Shown in pieces: positions 8,212-16,663 of a DNA stretch of 64,000 nt. Source of the DNA: a virus; IMG/VR virus record IMGVR_UViG_3300045988_162372; one strand, given 5' to 3'. Under the pieces are notes generated by a model. The model did not search any database and was not told the DNA's origin. It worked only from the letters and a program-made list of their open reading frames with translations. Both the position numbers and the translations under genes were made by a program. Each line of letters begins with the position of its first letter. The stretch's first letter is position 1.

Positions 8212-8321
8212 ATCAAAGTATCATTTCTGACCAAAGTGAAAAAATCAAAGTGCAATTTTCAAAGTGCAAATTCTTCTGAAAATCAAAGTATCAAAAGCAA
8301 AGTGAAGAAATCAAAGTATCA
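8212..8321 (+). repeat. iteron cluster 2: 7 copies of the same 12-mer family
   Basis: Starts right after stop 8209-8211. 45-bp exact repeat 7218-7262 = 8244-8288; 26-bp exact repeat 7349-7374 = 8212-8237. Confidence 0.85.
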
Positions 8322-8338
8322 TTTTTCCAGATATTATT

Positions 8339-8517
8339 GTATACTTCTCGTTGTTAACAATAATAATCGTTAACGTTAATATTGTATACTAGTATAGTAT
8401 AATAATGTTAACGTATAATACCATATACTCATATAGTACAATATTCTATACATTATTACCGTATACTCGTATAGTATATTATTCTCTTGCGATATTACTG
8501 TATACTGGTATACTAGG
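8339..8517 (+). repeat. 5 spaced copies of GTATACTnGTATAGTA-like element, period about 38-44 bp
   Basis: Copies at 8339, 8383, 8422, 8460, 8499; each contains a short palindrome (ATACT/AGTAT). Confidence 0.7.
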
Positions 8518-8525
8518 ATCGATCT

Positions 8526-8569
8526 GGAAAGAAAAAGAAGAAAAAAATAAAAAAAAAAGAAAAAGAAAG
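8526..8569 (+). repeat. polypurine (A/G) tract
   Basis: 44 nt of A/G interrupted by a single T. Confidence 0.8.
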
Positions 8570-8837
8570 TGTCAAACATTATCCTTGCAAGGAAATAATA
8601 TCTACATTCAAACGGGCGTAAGCGAAATAAAGCGTTCTGGGTAATTTTCTCGTAGTGAGGTAATAACTTATACCACTTTAACGTAAAAATGCCTTAGAAA
8701 CGAAAAGAAAGGTATTCTGACGCAAATTTCAATCGTAAGAATGTGAACGAATGTTACAATATCAGCGTTAAAGGTGAAAATTAGCTAACGTAATGAAGAT
8801 TTTTCTTATTTCATTTGGAAGATTAAATAAAATGTTG

Positions 8838-8845
8838 TATCTTTG
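8838..8845 (+). promoter_or_regulatory. -7 promoter box TAnnTTTG
   Basis: TAtcTTTG(CA); SD TAGGAGGA; ATG 8907. Confidence 0.65.
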
Positions 8846-8906
8846 CATCGTTCTTAGAAGTAGAACAATAATATTAACTTTTTAATTTCATAGGAGGATT
8901 TGAATT

Positions 8907-9812
8907 ATGAGTCATTTCGCAGTTATGGTCATCGGAGATAATGTTGAAGAACAACTATCAAAGTATGATGAAAACATTAAAGTAGAGGAATATTGTAAGG
9001 GAGAAGTTACAGAAGACGAGAAGAAGTGCATGATCGAATATTACGAGCGTGAAAAGGGTGAAACATTCAATAGCTTCGATGAATGCTATACAAGGTACGG
9101 GAAAGATTGGAATGATAACCGTTACAGAAAAGATACAGACGGTAAGTGGAAAGTATATAGCACATACAACCCTCTTTCAAAATGGGATTGGTGGCAAGTC
9201 GGAGGTCGTTTCTCTGGTGCATTTATCACTCATATCAAAAAGGATGTAAAGGTTTCAGATGAAAATTACGGAGAGCCTTCGTGGTGTACAAAAGAGATTG
9301 GAGTTGACCGCATTGAAAAGAAACATATTGATTTTGAAGCAATACGCAAGGATGCTGAAACTGATGCAAGAGAACGCTATCGTAATATTGCGAGATTGTT
9401 TAAGAATGGAGAAATACCAAAGGTAGGCATGACTTGGGCAAAGGTATGTGAATTGTTCAAAGATAAAACTTTGGATGAAAAACGGAATATCTACAATGCA
9501 CAAACGGCTGTCATTGAATGGAACAAAGCAAGAGAAGAGGATAAAAATAGTACTTCACCCGTACTTGGTTTCTTTACAAGTATTGAGGATTACCAAATGA
9601 GTGAAGAAGAATATGTCAAGAAAGCTGGTGATGAATCTTTTGTTCCCTTTGCAGTTGTCAAGGATGGTAAATGGTATGAGCGTGGAGAAATGGGATGGTG
9701 GGCAATGGTAGCCAACGAAAAAGAGCCAACAGAATGGAATGAAATTGTAAGGAAATTGTTAGATGAAACTGACGATGATGAAATGATAACATTTGTTGAT
9801 TGTCATATTTGA
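8907..9812 (+). CDS. hypothetical protein (301 aa)
   Basis: ORF track; SD; motif WDWWQVGGRF; family not recognised. Confidence 0.75.
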   Translation: MSHFAVMVIGDNVEEQLSKYDENIKVEEYCKGEVTEDEKKCMIEYYEREKGETFNSFDECYTRYGKDWNDNRYRKDTDGKWKVYSTYNPLSKWDWWQVGGRFSGAFITHIKKDVKVSDENYGEPSWCTKEIGVDRIEKKHIDFEAIRKDAETDARERYRNIARLFKNGEIPKVGMTWAKVCELFKDKTLDEKRNIYNAQTAVIEWNKAREEDKNSTSPVLGFFTSIEDYQMSEEEYVKKAGDESFVPFAVVKDGKWYERGEMGWWAMVANEKEPTEWNEIVRKLLDETDDDEMITFVDCHI

Positions 9813-9837
9813 CAATAATGTAGTGTGGACAAATTTT

Positions 9838-9876
9838 ATGCTATTGCTATTGTGAAAATAGTAATAGCATTTTTAT
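9838..9876 (+). terminator. rho-independent terminator
   Basis: 14-bp stem ATGCTATTGCTATT/AATAGTAATAGCAT then T5. Confidence 0.75.
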
Positions 9877-9936
9877 TTATATCTTGATTTATACGGTGAT
9901 TTTTATTATCTTATTAAAAGATAATAAATTTAAATT

Positions 9937-11037
9937 ATGAAAGATATAAAGCAACACTTAAATGTATTAATGTATGATCTTACATTGAAAAAGATAGAAG
10001 ATGTTAAAATCGGTGACTTATTAATGGGTGACGATGGTACATATAGAAGAGTAATAAGTAAAACAAATAAATATGGTAAGATATATAATATACATCAAAC
10101 TAGTGGGGAAGATTATTTTACAAATGGTGAACATACGCTTGTATTAAAAAAATCGGAAACTGCCAAGAGGCCATACGGTAATATAACGAAAAAAGGTACA
10201 CTTCGACATCCTAATGGACGATTGGCATCTTATGAGGATTATGAAAATATGAATATAATAGATTTTTTGCAAAAATCACTTACATTTAGAGAAAATTTTT
10301 TCACTTTTAAACCTACAACAATTCATTGTGAAGAAAAAGAAGTGTATATTGATCCTTATCTCCTGGGTATTTGGTTAGGAGATGGTTCTGCTCGTAATAC
10401 TTCAATAATCTCAATGGATGATGAAATTATTAAGTACATATATGAGTATGCAGACAAAAATAATTTATCTGTGAATAAACTTGAACGGGATTGGGAAAAA
10501 GCTGATGTATATAAATTAAATAGACCACTTGTTAATAGGACAAGGAAGAATGAGCTTCTAGAAAATTTACGAAAATATAATTTAATAAATAATAAACACA
10601 TTCCACAAGAATATATAAATAATAGTGAAAGAGTTAGAATTGAATTAATGGCAGGATTAATAGATACAGATGGCAGTTTGTCTAAAAATAACGTTTATGA
10701 ATTTTATCAAAAATCGTATGATTTTATACGAGATGTTAAAATAATTGCGGATTCTTTAGGATTTAGAACAAGTTTACGTGAAAAGAAAAATTGTATTTGT
10801 AATGGAAAAAATTATGGAACACATTATAGATTAAGTATAAGCGGAGATTTATGGAGAATACCGTGTAAAGTGAAAAGAAAAAAGGTAACAAAAGATATGT
10901 TAAGCAAAAATAAGGATTGGAGAGTTTCAATGATTAAACCTATTGAAATAGGGGATGGCGAATATACTGAAATAAAAGTTGATGGAAATGGAAACTATTT
11001 ATTAGGTGACTTTACAATAGCACATAATTCGATATAG
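9937..11037 (+). CDS. free-standing intein-like (Hint + LAGLIDADG) homing endonuclease
   Basis: Intein blocks: VLMYDLTLKKIEDVKIGD (A, Cys1 replaced by Asn), TNGEHTLVL (B), LLGIWLGDGS and LMAGLIDTDGS (two LAGLIDADG), EIKVDGNGNYLLGDFTIAHNS (F/G); no promoter box; more AT-rich than neighbours. Confidence 0.8.
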   Translation: MKDIKQHLNVLMYDLTLKKIEDVKIGDLLMGDDGTYRRVISKTNKYGKIYNIHQTSGEDYFTNGEHTLVLKKSETAKRPYGNITKKGTLRHPNGRLASYEDYENMNIIDFLQKSLTFRENFFTFKPTTIHCEEKEVYIDPYLLGIWLGDGSARNTSIISMDDEIIKYIYEYADKNNLSVNKLERDWEKADVYKLNRPLVNRTRKNELLENLRKYNLINNKHIPQEYINNSERVRIELMAGLIDTDGSLSKNNVYEFYQKSYDFIRDVKIIADSLGFRTSLREKKNCICNGKNYGTHYRLSISGDLWRIPCKVKRKKVTKDMLSKNKDWRVSMIKPIEIGDGEYTEIKVDGNGNYLLGDFTIAHNSI

Positions 11038-11041
11038 TAAG

Positions 11042-11746
11042 ATGAATCAAATAGACATTAGAAAAATAGTTAATGAATGTATCTCTGCTTTAAAAGAGAG
11101 ACATTGTATAATTCAAGAAAATAGACTCGTAACATTTGGTAAAAGAGTATATCCTAATAGTGGGTGGTGTATTTTTTTAACAGGTGGTTCTGGATGTGGA
11201 AAAGGCTATACACTTAATAATCAACTTCCAATCAACGGAAAAGTTATCAATGTTGACCATTGGAAGAAAACCTTTGCCAAAATGAATAATATTGACTATG
11301 ATAGCCATGACCCAGAACAAGTAAGTCAATTACATAAAGCAATTGCAGATAAGGGTTATAAGGAGAAATATATAAACAATCTTTTTAACCCACAAGCACA
11401 CAATAGCAAAGACAGATTACCAAACATTATCTTTGACATTACAGGAAAAAATCCCTACCATGATGTCTTGGATATTGCGCAGGACGCACAAGACTTAGGA
11501 TATAAGACAATGCTTGTATGGGTAGTTGCGACAAGAAGTGAAGCAATACTAAGAAACTTGAAAAGGGATAGAAAGGTTCCAGATTCAGTCTTTCACTCAA
11601 TACACAATATGATATTGGACAATATGCCACGTTTCCTGCAAGGAAGTTATGCCACAGAGTGTTTGGATGATGCTTGGCTTATATTTTCTTCCGCCCCGAT
11701 ATTTCCAGAGGTGATTTGGAGGGTGATGAAAAGAAAACAGCCGTAG
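11042..11746 (+). CDS. P-loop kinase, zeta-toxin-like fold (N-terminal part of an apparently frameshifted gene)
   Basis: Walker A GGSGCGKG; GYKTMLVWVVATRSEAILRNLKRDRKVP resembles the zeta-toxin family C-terminal motif. Confidence 0.6.
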   Translation: MNQIDIRKIVNECISALKERHCIIQENRLVTFGKRVYPNSGWCIFLTGGSGCGKGYTLNNQLPINGKVINVDHWKKTFAKMNNIDYDSHDPEQVSQLHKAIADKGYKEKYINNLFNPQAHNSKDRLPNIIFDITGKNPYHDVLDIAQDAQDLGYKTMLVWVVATRSEAILRNLKRDRKVPDSVFHSIHNMILDNMPRFLQGSYATECLDDAWLIFSSAPIFPEVIWRVMKRKQP

Positions 11747-11961
11747 TACAACTTCAAAGAGGAAGTAAAGGTTTTATAATTGATAAAAATACAATGCAAC
11801 GTCTTGTACAATATCTTGGTGAGAGAGAAGCAAATGTGGATAATCCACAGACATTCCTATCAAGCAAGGAAGTAATAGACAGATACGGTATTCCAAACGA
11901 TAAGGGTGGTTATGATGTTGATAGAACAAAGATAGACCCAAAGAAAGGATTATATCGTTAA
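11674..11961 (+). pseudogene. -1 frame continuation of 11042-11746
   Basis: Frame opens at 11671, overlaps the end of the upstream ORF; listed start is TTG, no SD; T4 run at 11684-11687. Confidence 0.4.
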
Positions 11962-11985
11962 AAGATGTTATTCTAATGATATTTT

Positions 11986-12018
11986 ATGCCACAGAATTTT
12001 GTTTTGTGGCATTTTCTT
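11986..12018 (+). terminator. rho-independent terminator
   Basis: Stem ATGCCACA/TGTGGCAT then T-run. Confidence 0.7.
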
Positions 12019-12020
12019 TA

Positions 12021-12028
12021 TATCTTTG
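12021..12028 (+). promoter_or_regulatory. -7 promoter box TAnnTTTG
   Basis: TAtcTTTG(CA) upstream of ATG 12051. Confidence 0.65.
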
Positions 12029-12050
12029 CATTGTAATAATAAGATAAGAT

Positions 12051-12497
12051 ATGAAATATAAGAAGATATACAAGTTAATCAATAACGAAAGGGATTGTTA
12101 TGATTGTGATTACACGGGCAATGCTGAAGATTTAATCAGTCCTTTGAATAAGCTATTTACAAAAATATTCCTTACGGAAGAATTGCTTTCAAGAGTTAAT
12201 GAGGAATTGAAAGGAAAACCTCATCAGAAATTTCATTTGGTATTGAATTTTATCCCCTTTGGTAAGGATAAGCCTATTACAGAAGTAAGTGTAGGCATTG
12301 AGTATGACAGCAATCTGACTGCGACAAGTACGAATTACGAAGAAGAAACAACTTATATTATCACAAGGGTTGTAAATGAGTTTCTACGTGATTTAGGTTA
12401 TCCAATTGATAGCTGTAATCCTAACAATTTTTTAGATAGGTTGATTCTGGAATATTCAGAATTTGGAAAATATTTCAATGTGGAAATAAATAAATGA
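12051..12497 (+). CDS. hypothetical protein (148 aa)
   Basis: ORF track. Confidence 0.7.
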   Translation: MKYKKIYKLINNERDCYDCDYTGNAEDLISPLNKLFTKIFLTEELLSRVNEELKGKPHQKFHLVLNFIPFGKDKPITEVSVGIEYDSNLTATSTNYEEETTYIITRVVNEFLRDLGYPIDSCNPNNFLDRLILEYSEFGKYFNVEINK

Positions 12498-12509
12498 AAC
12501 AATTTGATT

Positions 12510-12971
12510 ATGAACGATAGAGAATTCTTAAAATTAAAGACAATCATACGAGAGTGTATTGAAGAAGTAATCAATGAGCGTGAGAAAATGAGATTAGATG
12601 AAATGGCAAGAGTTGGGATTATGTTAAATAATCTTGATGTTGTCGTTTATACGGATGATAAAGGATATATTCCACACGTTCATATATTGGATAGAGGGAC
12701 TAATGGAAGAGAATTTGATTGCTGTGTTCAGTTAGAAACCAATCGTTATTTTTCTCACGGAAAACATCTTGATACATTTAATAATAAGCAGTGTAGAGAA
12801 TTTAATGATTTTATGAAACAGCCTTGTCGTTCTCCGAAATATAGAAACAATTATGAATTTGCTGTTGAAATGTGGAATGCAAATAATTCAGATAGCTATG
12901 TTCAGATACGAGAAAATGAATTAGGAGAAATCATGATGCCAGATTACTCAATAATTTTACCATATAAATAA
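12510..12971 (+). CDS. hypothetical protein (153 aa)
   Basis: ORF 12504 (TTG) trimmed to ATG 12510. Confidence 0.65.
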   Translation: MNDREFLKLKTIIRECIEEVINEREKMRLDEMARVGIMLNNLDVVVYTDDKGYIPHVHILDRGTNGREFDCCVQLETNRYFSHGKHLDTFNNKQCREFNDFMKQPCRSPKYRNNYEFAVEMWNANNSDSYVQIRENELGEIMMPDYSIILPYK

Positions 12972-12980
12972 AAATGATAT

Positions 12981-13313
12981 ATGAAAAAGAAAATTCTATC
13001 TGTTATTTTATTCTTGTCTCTATTCTCTTGTTCAATTTATTCACAAGAAAGGTATGTGTCTTGTCAGATTGTGGAAACAAAAGATAGTATTTATATTGTT
13101 CCAAACAAGAATTATCTGAAAGGTACGGATTATTGGAAGTGGGTAATCTATGGCCAAAATAAGATACCTTACAAGTTTGAAACAATAGATGAAGCCATAT
13201 CCCACTTGGGAAAATTCGGTTGGAAGAACACAAGGGAATATAGAAAGGAAGATAAACATATTATCATTATGAGCAGGGAATATTCTAACTATTTGGAATA
13301 CAAGGACGAATAA
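12981..13313 (+). CDS. putative lipoprotein (110 aa)
   Basis: Signal peptide MKKKILSVILFLSLFSC with lipobox-like LFSC. Confidence 0.65.
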   Translation: MKKKILSVILFLSLFSCSIYSQERYVSCQIVETKDSIYIVPNKNYLKGTDYWKWVIYGQNKIPYKFETIDEAISHLGKFGWKNTREYRKEDKHIIIMSREYSNYLEYKDE

Positions 13314-13394
13314 GCTATATTTTGTTTTGTTGTTTCTTAACATCCCGTTAATACCATTTAACATAAAAGTTTTGGTTAAACGGGATTTTTTGTG

Positions 13395-13402
13395 TACCTT
13401 TG
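13395..13402 (+). promoter_or_regulatory. -7 promoter box TAnnTTTG (drives sRNA copy C)
   Basis: TAccTTTG, no ORF downstream. Confidence 0.55.
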
Positions 13403-13406
13403 TATC

Positions 13407-13610
13407 GTTGAAAGGAAGGAGATATTCAACGAAGCAGAAGTAAAATTCTGAAGTATAGTTTCCTTTATAATTAAAAATAATTTCTTAATAATATTGAAAA
13501 TAAAATAAGAAATGTATATATTTATTTTTGAATTAATTTCTCAGAGATTATACATAAATATATTAATGCAAGGAAGGAACGGTTCGTGATGAATAGTTCC
13601 TTTCATTTTT
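13407..13610 (+). ncRNA. candidate sRNA, family copy C
   Basis: H1 CGTTGAA/TTCAACG 13406-13431 with purine loop AGGAAGGAGATA; H2 CAGAA-GTAAAA-TTCTG 13435-13450; tail AAGTATAGTTTCCTTT; terminator AAGGAAC/GTTCCTT 13574-13602 + T-run. Confidence 0.55.
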
Positions 13611-13669
13611 GTTAACATTCAATTAACTTCTTTTCACATAAAATATTTGGTTATTCCAGTCTAATCTAT

Positions 13670-13677
13670 TATCTTTG
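13670..13677 (+). promoter_or_regulatory. -7 promoter box TAnnTTTG
   Basis: TAtcTTTG(CA) upstream of ATG 13706. Confidence 0.65.
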
Positions 13678-13705
13678 CAACGTGAAACAATAAAAGATAA
13701 ATGAT

Positions 13706-14038
13706 ATGTACGATCAACAACTCTTAAAAGAAAAATATGGTTTCAGTGCTGACACTTACGGTGGTGGATGGGCAAACTATCTGAAAGCCAAAGTGAAACT
13801 TATCCGTAAGAATGGGTTGGAAGCCGTTAAAATGGATTATAACGGTTATGGAATATACGACATATATTCGTATAAGGGAGACTGCAAATTTGATGTTGTA
13901 ATACTTAGTGGATTGGATGATGGTTTTCCACAAGTGGGAGTAAATCACTCTAATAAAACCGTATCACCCTTGCATGGATATATGGGGCGTGGTAAAGAAC
14001 TTGCAAAAAGACTTGGTTACAAATATCATGATATTTAA
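13706..14038 (+). CDS. hypothetical protein (110 aa)
   Basis: ORF track. Confidence 0.7.
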   Translation: MYDQQLLKEKYGFSADTYGGGWANYLKAKVKLIRKNGLEAVKMDYNGYGIYDIYSYKGDCKFDVVILSGLDDGFPQVGVNHSNKTVSPLHGYMGRGKELAKRLGYKYHDI

Positions 14039-14081
14039 CTTCTATTAACTTGAAAAATTTGCTGGTTCAAAAAAGAATCAT

Positions 14082-14089
14082 TATCTTTG
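14082..14089 (+). promoter_or_regulatory. -7 promoter box TAnnTTTG
   Basis: TAtcTTTG(CA); lies inside the longer ORF call 14087. Confidence 0.65.
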
Positions 14090-14143
14090 CATCGTCAAAA
14101 AGAAAGAAGATGTCTAACAATTAAAATTATAGGAGATAAGATT

Positions 14144-14692
14144 ATGGCACGTGAGAACAAAATTCAGAAGATGATTGCAGAAGTGGCTAACAATAAGTTG
14201 GCAGGTAAGTACAATCTTGTTCAGTACAAGGAGGGCGGAAAACGCTATGGCGAGAAGGTAAAGGCTATGGCTCATAAAAAGGCTTGTGAGGATATTGTTA
14301 AGTTTATGAACGAGCATAAGGATATTCCGTTCTATTTCGTCCTTTCAGTAGGTGTTTCCAAAGGTGCTTACAAGGAAAGTGAGTTTAACAAAGGATATAA
14401 AGCATTTGACGCTTACAAGGTATTGCAGGTGCATATCATGGGTATGGAATATCTCAAATACAATGGCTTGGAGGGTAAGAAGATGTCAGATGTTGCAATT
14501 CGTTTGATTATGCGTTACTACGAAAAGAAATCATCTGATATTGCAATGTTTATGCTTGATTTGCAGAACTCTAAGAAATTGGGTAAGATGTGTGGTAGCC
14601 GTGAAGTGCCTTATTCTGACTTGTGTAAGAATTTGAACATCCCGTTTGCCGATGAGACCTTAATGGATAAGGAGTATTCTATGGTCGGATAA
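14144..14692 (+). CDS. hypothetical protein (182 aa)
   Basis: ORF 14087-14692 trimmed to ATG after SD TAGGAGAT. Confidence 0.7.
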   Translation: MARENKIQKMIAEVANNKLAGKYNLVQYKEGGKRYGEKVKAMAHKKACEDIVKFMNEHKDIPFYFVLSVGVSKGAYKESEFNKGYKAFDAYKVLQVHIMGMEYLKYNGLEGKKMSDVAIRLIMRYYEKKSSDIAMFMLDLQNSKKLGKMCGSREVPYSDLCKNLNIPFADETLMDKEYSMVG

Positions 14693-14734
14693 CATCATTT
14701 AACTAGAAATGTTTGCAGGGGTAAGATTTATTTC

Positions 14735-14742
14735 TTACCTTT
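14735..14742 (+). promoter_or_regulatory. -7 promoter box TAnnTTTG
   Basis: TAccTTTG(CA). Confidence 0.65.
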
Positions 14743-14790
14743 GCATTGTTGAAAGAACAAACAAGTCTAACAATTAAATTTCAAAGTGAT

Positions 14791-15330
14791 ATGATTAGTA
14801 AAGAAGTAATGGAGGTTAAGTATGCGTGTGAAATCAAGATGGACAAGTTGTTCATTGACGCTATCAAACGTATTAAGGAAATTTTGGTAGAACGTAAATG
14901 TGATGGCAAAGTGTTCAATAAACGCATTACAGATATGATAGAAAAGGAACTTGGTATTTCTCAATTCTGTGCAGTCAGTAAAGATGCGTCTGGTAGAAAC
15001 AGATATATCAAGGTTTATTTAAACAATGACGAGAGATGGTATTCTGACGGAAATAAAATTAAAGGCTATGTCGAACAGAATTCTGTTTTGGGTTTGGATG
15101 TCATTGTGGATTTGCAAAATGAGCGCATAAAACTCGCAGAAACGCTTAAAAGTTTGGATGATAGTATTTCCCACTATGAGAAAAATATCACCAATATGGA
15201 AGAATATATGGCTAATTACGATACATATAAGGCTTATGAAGATAAACTGAAAGATATGATTGAGGAATATACTAAGAAAGTCCCTTCCCGTCTTAGAAGC
15301 GTTGTGAATATTAATGATTGTAGTTATTAA
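14791..15330 (+). CDS. hypothetical protein (179 aa)
   Basis: ORF 14746-15330 trimmed to first ATG after the predicted TSS. Confidence 0.6.
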   Translation: MISKEVMEVKYACEIKMDKLFIDAIKRIKEILVERKCDGKVFNKRITDMIEKELGISQFCAVSKDASGRNRYIKVYLNNDERWYSDGNKIKGYVEQNSVLGLDVIVDLQNERIKLAETLKSLDDSISHYEKNITNMEEYMANYDTYKAYEDKLKDMIEEYTKKVPSRLRSVVNINDCSY

Positions 15331-15396
15331 GTATATATTATCTTTTATTTTCACCTACTTTAACTGAATAAATTTGGTTAGAGTAGGTTTTTTGTG

Positions 15397-15404
15397 TATC
15401 TTTG
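15397..15404 (+). promoter_or_regulatory. -7 promoter box TAnnTTTG (drives sRNA copy D)
   Basis: TAtcTTTG(CA), no ORF downstream. Confidence 0.55.
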
Positions 15405-15408
15405 CATT

Positions 15409-15457
15409 GTCAATAAGAGATAGGAGCAATGGTAACACATTGGAGTATATTCTCCGT
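15409..15457 (+). ncRNA. candidate sRNA, family copy D (divergent; 3' end undefined)
   Basis: CATTG...CAATG-GTAACA-CATTG 15427-15442 (alternative pairings possible); tail GAGTATATTCTCCGT. Confidence 0.4.
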
Positions 15458-15553
15458 CATAATTAATTGAAAATTGTTAATAAGTGTAAAATTTCAGATG
15501 GAAATTACAACATCTTTTAACTGGGAAAATTTGTCTGTTCCAAATAAAAGTAT

Positions 15554-15561
15554 TATCTTTG
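15554..15561 (+). promoter_or_regulatory. -7 promoter box TAnnTTTG
   Basis: TAtcTTTG(CA); SD TAGGAGGT; ATG 15609. Confidence 0.65.
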
Positions 15562-15608
15562 CATCGTTGAAAGTTGAACAAATAATATAGAATAGGAGGT
15601 TTAAGATT

Positions 15609-16115
15609 ATGGTATACGATTTGAAGTATGGAACGTTGAGAGACTTGATTGAAAATAATAAATTCAACCCTCACGAAACAAATTGCGGTAGGGCTATTAT
15701 AGAACTCTGTGGAACGTTTAATGAGGTTGTAAATAAAAGTTGTCAGCCGAGACATATTGTAAGTGTTCTTTTGGATTATAAGGAAAGAAAACCTAATAAG
15801 CTATCAGAGACAACCGTAGATAATCTTGAAAGGGTTTGTTTGGTTATGTATGATAAGTTTGGCGGTAGTTTTTATTATATAAACAAAGAAAATTTATTAG
15901 AGGGCAACAAAATACCTTACCGTGCAGATTGGGTGAAAAATGTAAAATTGGAAGATTTAAGCAGATGGCAGCATTTCGGACTTGGCGGTACTGAATTTGT
16001 TTTGAGGGATTATCCCGATACAGCAGGTATGCTTTTAACTTGCCGTAATCTTAGAACACATAATGATGTGAAATTTGAAAAGGATATAATTGTTGAACAA
16101 TTATATTTTGATTAA
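15609..16115 (+). CDS. hypothetical protein (168 aa)
   Basis: ORF track; SD. Confidence 0.7.
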   Translation: MVYDLKYGTLRDLIENNKFNPHETNCGRAIIELCGTFNEVVNKSCQPRHIVSVLLDYKERKPNKLSETTVDNLERVCLVMYDKFGGSFYYINKENLLEGNKIPYRADWVKNVKLEDLSRWQHFGLGGTEFVLRDYPDTAGMLLTCRNLRTHNDVKFEKDIIVEQLYFD

Positions 16116-16158
16116 CATCTTTTAATTTGAAAATTTTGGATAATTCAAATAAATGTAT

Positions 16159-16166
16159 TATCTTTG
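16159..16166 (+). promoter_or_regulatory. -7 promoter box TAnnTTTG
   Basis: TAtcTTTG(CA) inside the longer ORF call 16127. Confidence 0.65.
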
Positions 16167-16186
16167 CACTATCAAAAGAAAAAGAT

Positions 16187-16393
16187 ATGAAAGTATATAA
16201 GTTTACACCAAAAGAATCTTATTGTGGTGGCTGTATATTGGTTGCAGCCGAGACAGAGGAACAAGCAAAAGATCTTATAGATATTTATACTTTTCATGGT
16301 ATAGATGGATTTTATTCTGACGGTACAATAGAAAACCTTGAATATAAAGGTGATATGGCTGAGATAATTATTAACCACACTTATTTTGAATAG
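16187..16393 (+). CDS. hypothetical protein (68 aa)
   Basis: ORF 16127-16393 trimmed to ATG after the promoter. Confidence 0.6.
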   Translation: MKVYKFTPKESYCGGCILVAAETEEQAKDLIDIYTFHGIDGFYSDGTIENLEYKGDMAEIIINHTYFE

Positions 16394-16397
16394 GATT

Positions 16398-16661
16398 ATG
16401 GCAAAGAAAAAATCACAGAAAATTGTTAGAATTGACAGAGTAGAGAAATATGCAAACATCCTTATTCCCGAATTGTTACAGATTGATGCTGTATATAGGA
16501 CTTCGTTCACAATCAGCAATGGAAGCTGTTATATTCTTTCCACCCCGTTCAACAACGAGGAAATACAGAAATTTCTTGCAACACGCATTGAAATGGATGA
16601 CGTAACTTTCTTGAAGGGTAAAATGAAGTTGGAATTGTATTACACAGAAAAAGTGATTTAA
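16398..16661 (+). CDS. hypothetical protein (87 aa)
   Basis: ORF 16386-16661 trimmed to ATG 16398. Confidence 0.6.
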   Translation: MAKKKSQKIVRIDRVEKYANILIPELLQIDAVYRTSFTISNGSCYILSTPFNNEEIQKFLATRIEMDDVTFLKGKMKLELYYTEKVI

Positions 16662-16663
16662 TT

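Noticed and set aside
7178-8321. Possible CRISPR array, because of many short direct repeats
   Set aside because: Repeat unit is only 12 nt and is mostly contiguous or irregularly spaced without unique spacers. Cluster 1 lies inside an ORF, and no cas genes are present. This is iteron-like, not CRISPR.
8376-8644. ORFs 8376-8579 (-) and 8405-8644 (+)
   Set aside because: Both lie in the GTATAC-repeat and polypurine region. Their translations are low-complexity (poly-F/Y/K), there is no promoter or SD, and they overlap each other on opposite strands.
9937-11037. A bona fide protein-splicing intein within a host gene
   Set aside because: There is no in-frame extein on either side, the first intein residue is Asn instead of Cys/Ser, and a terminator lies immediately upstream. 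It is treated as a free-standing intein-derived endonuclease.
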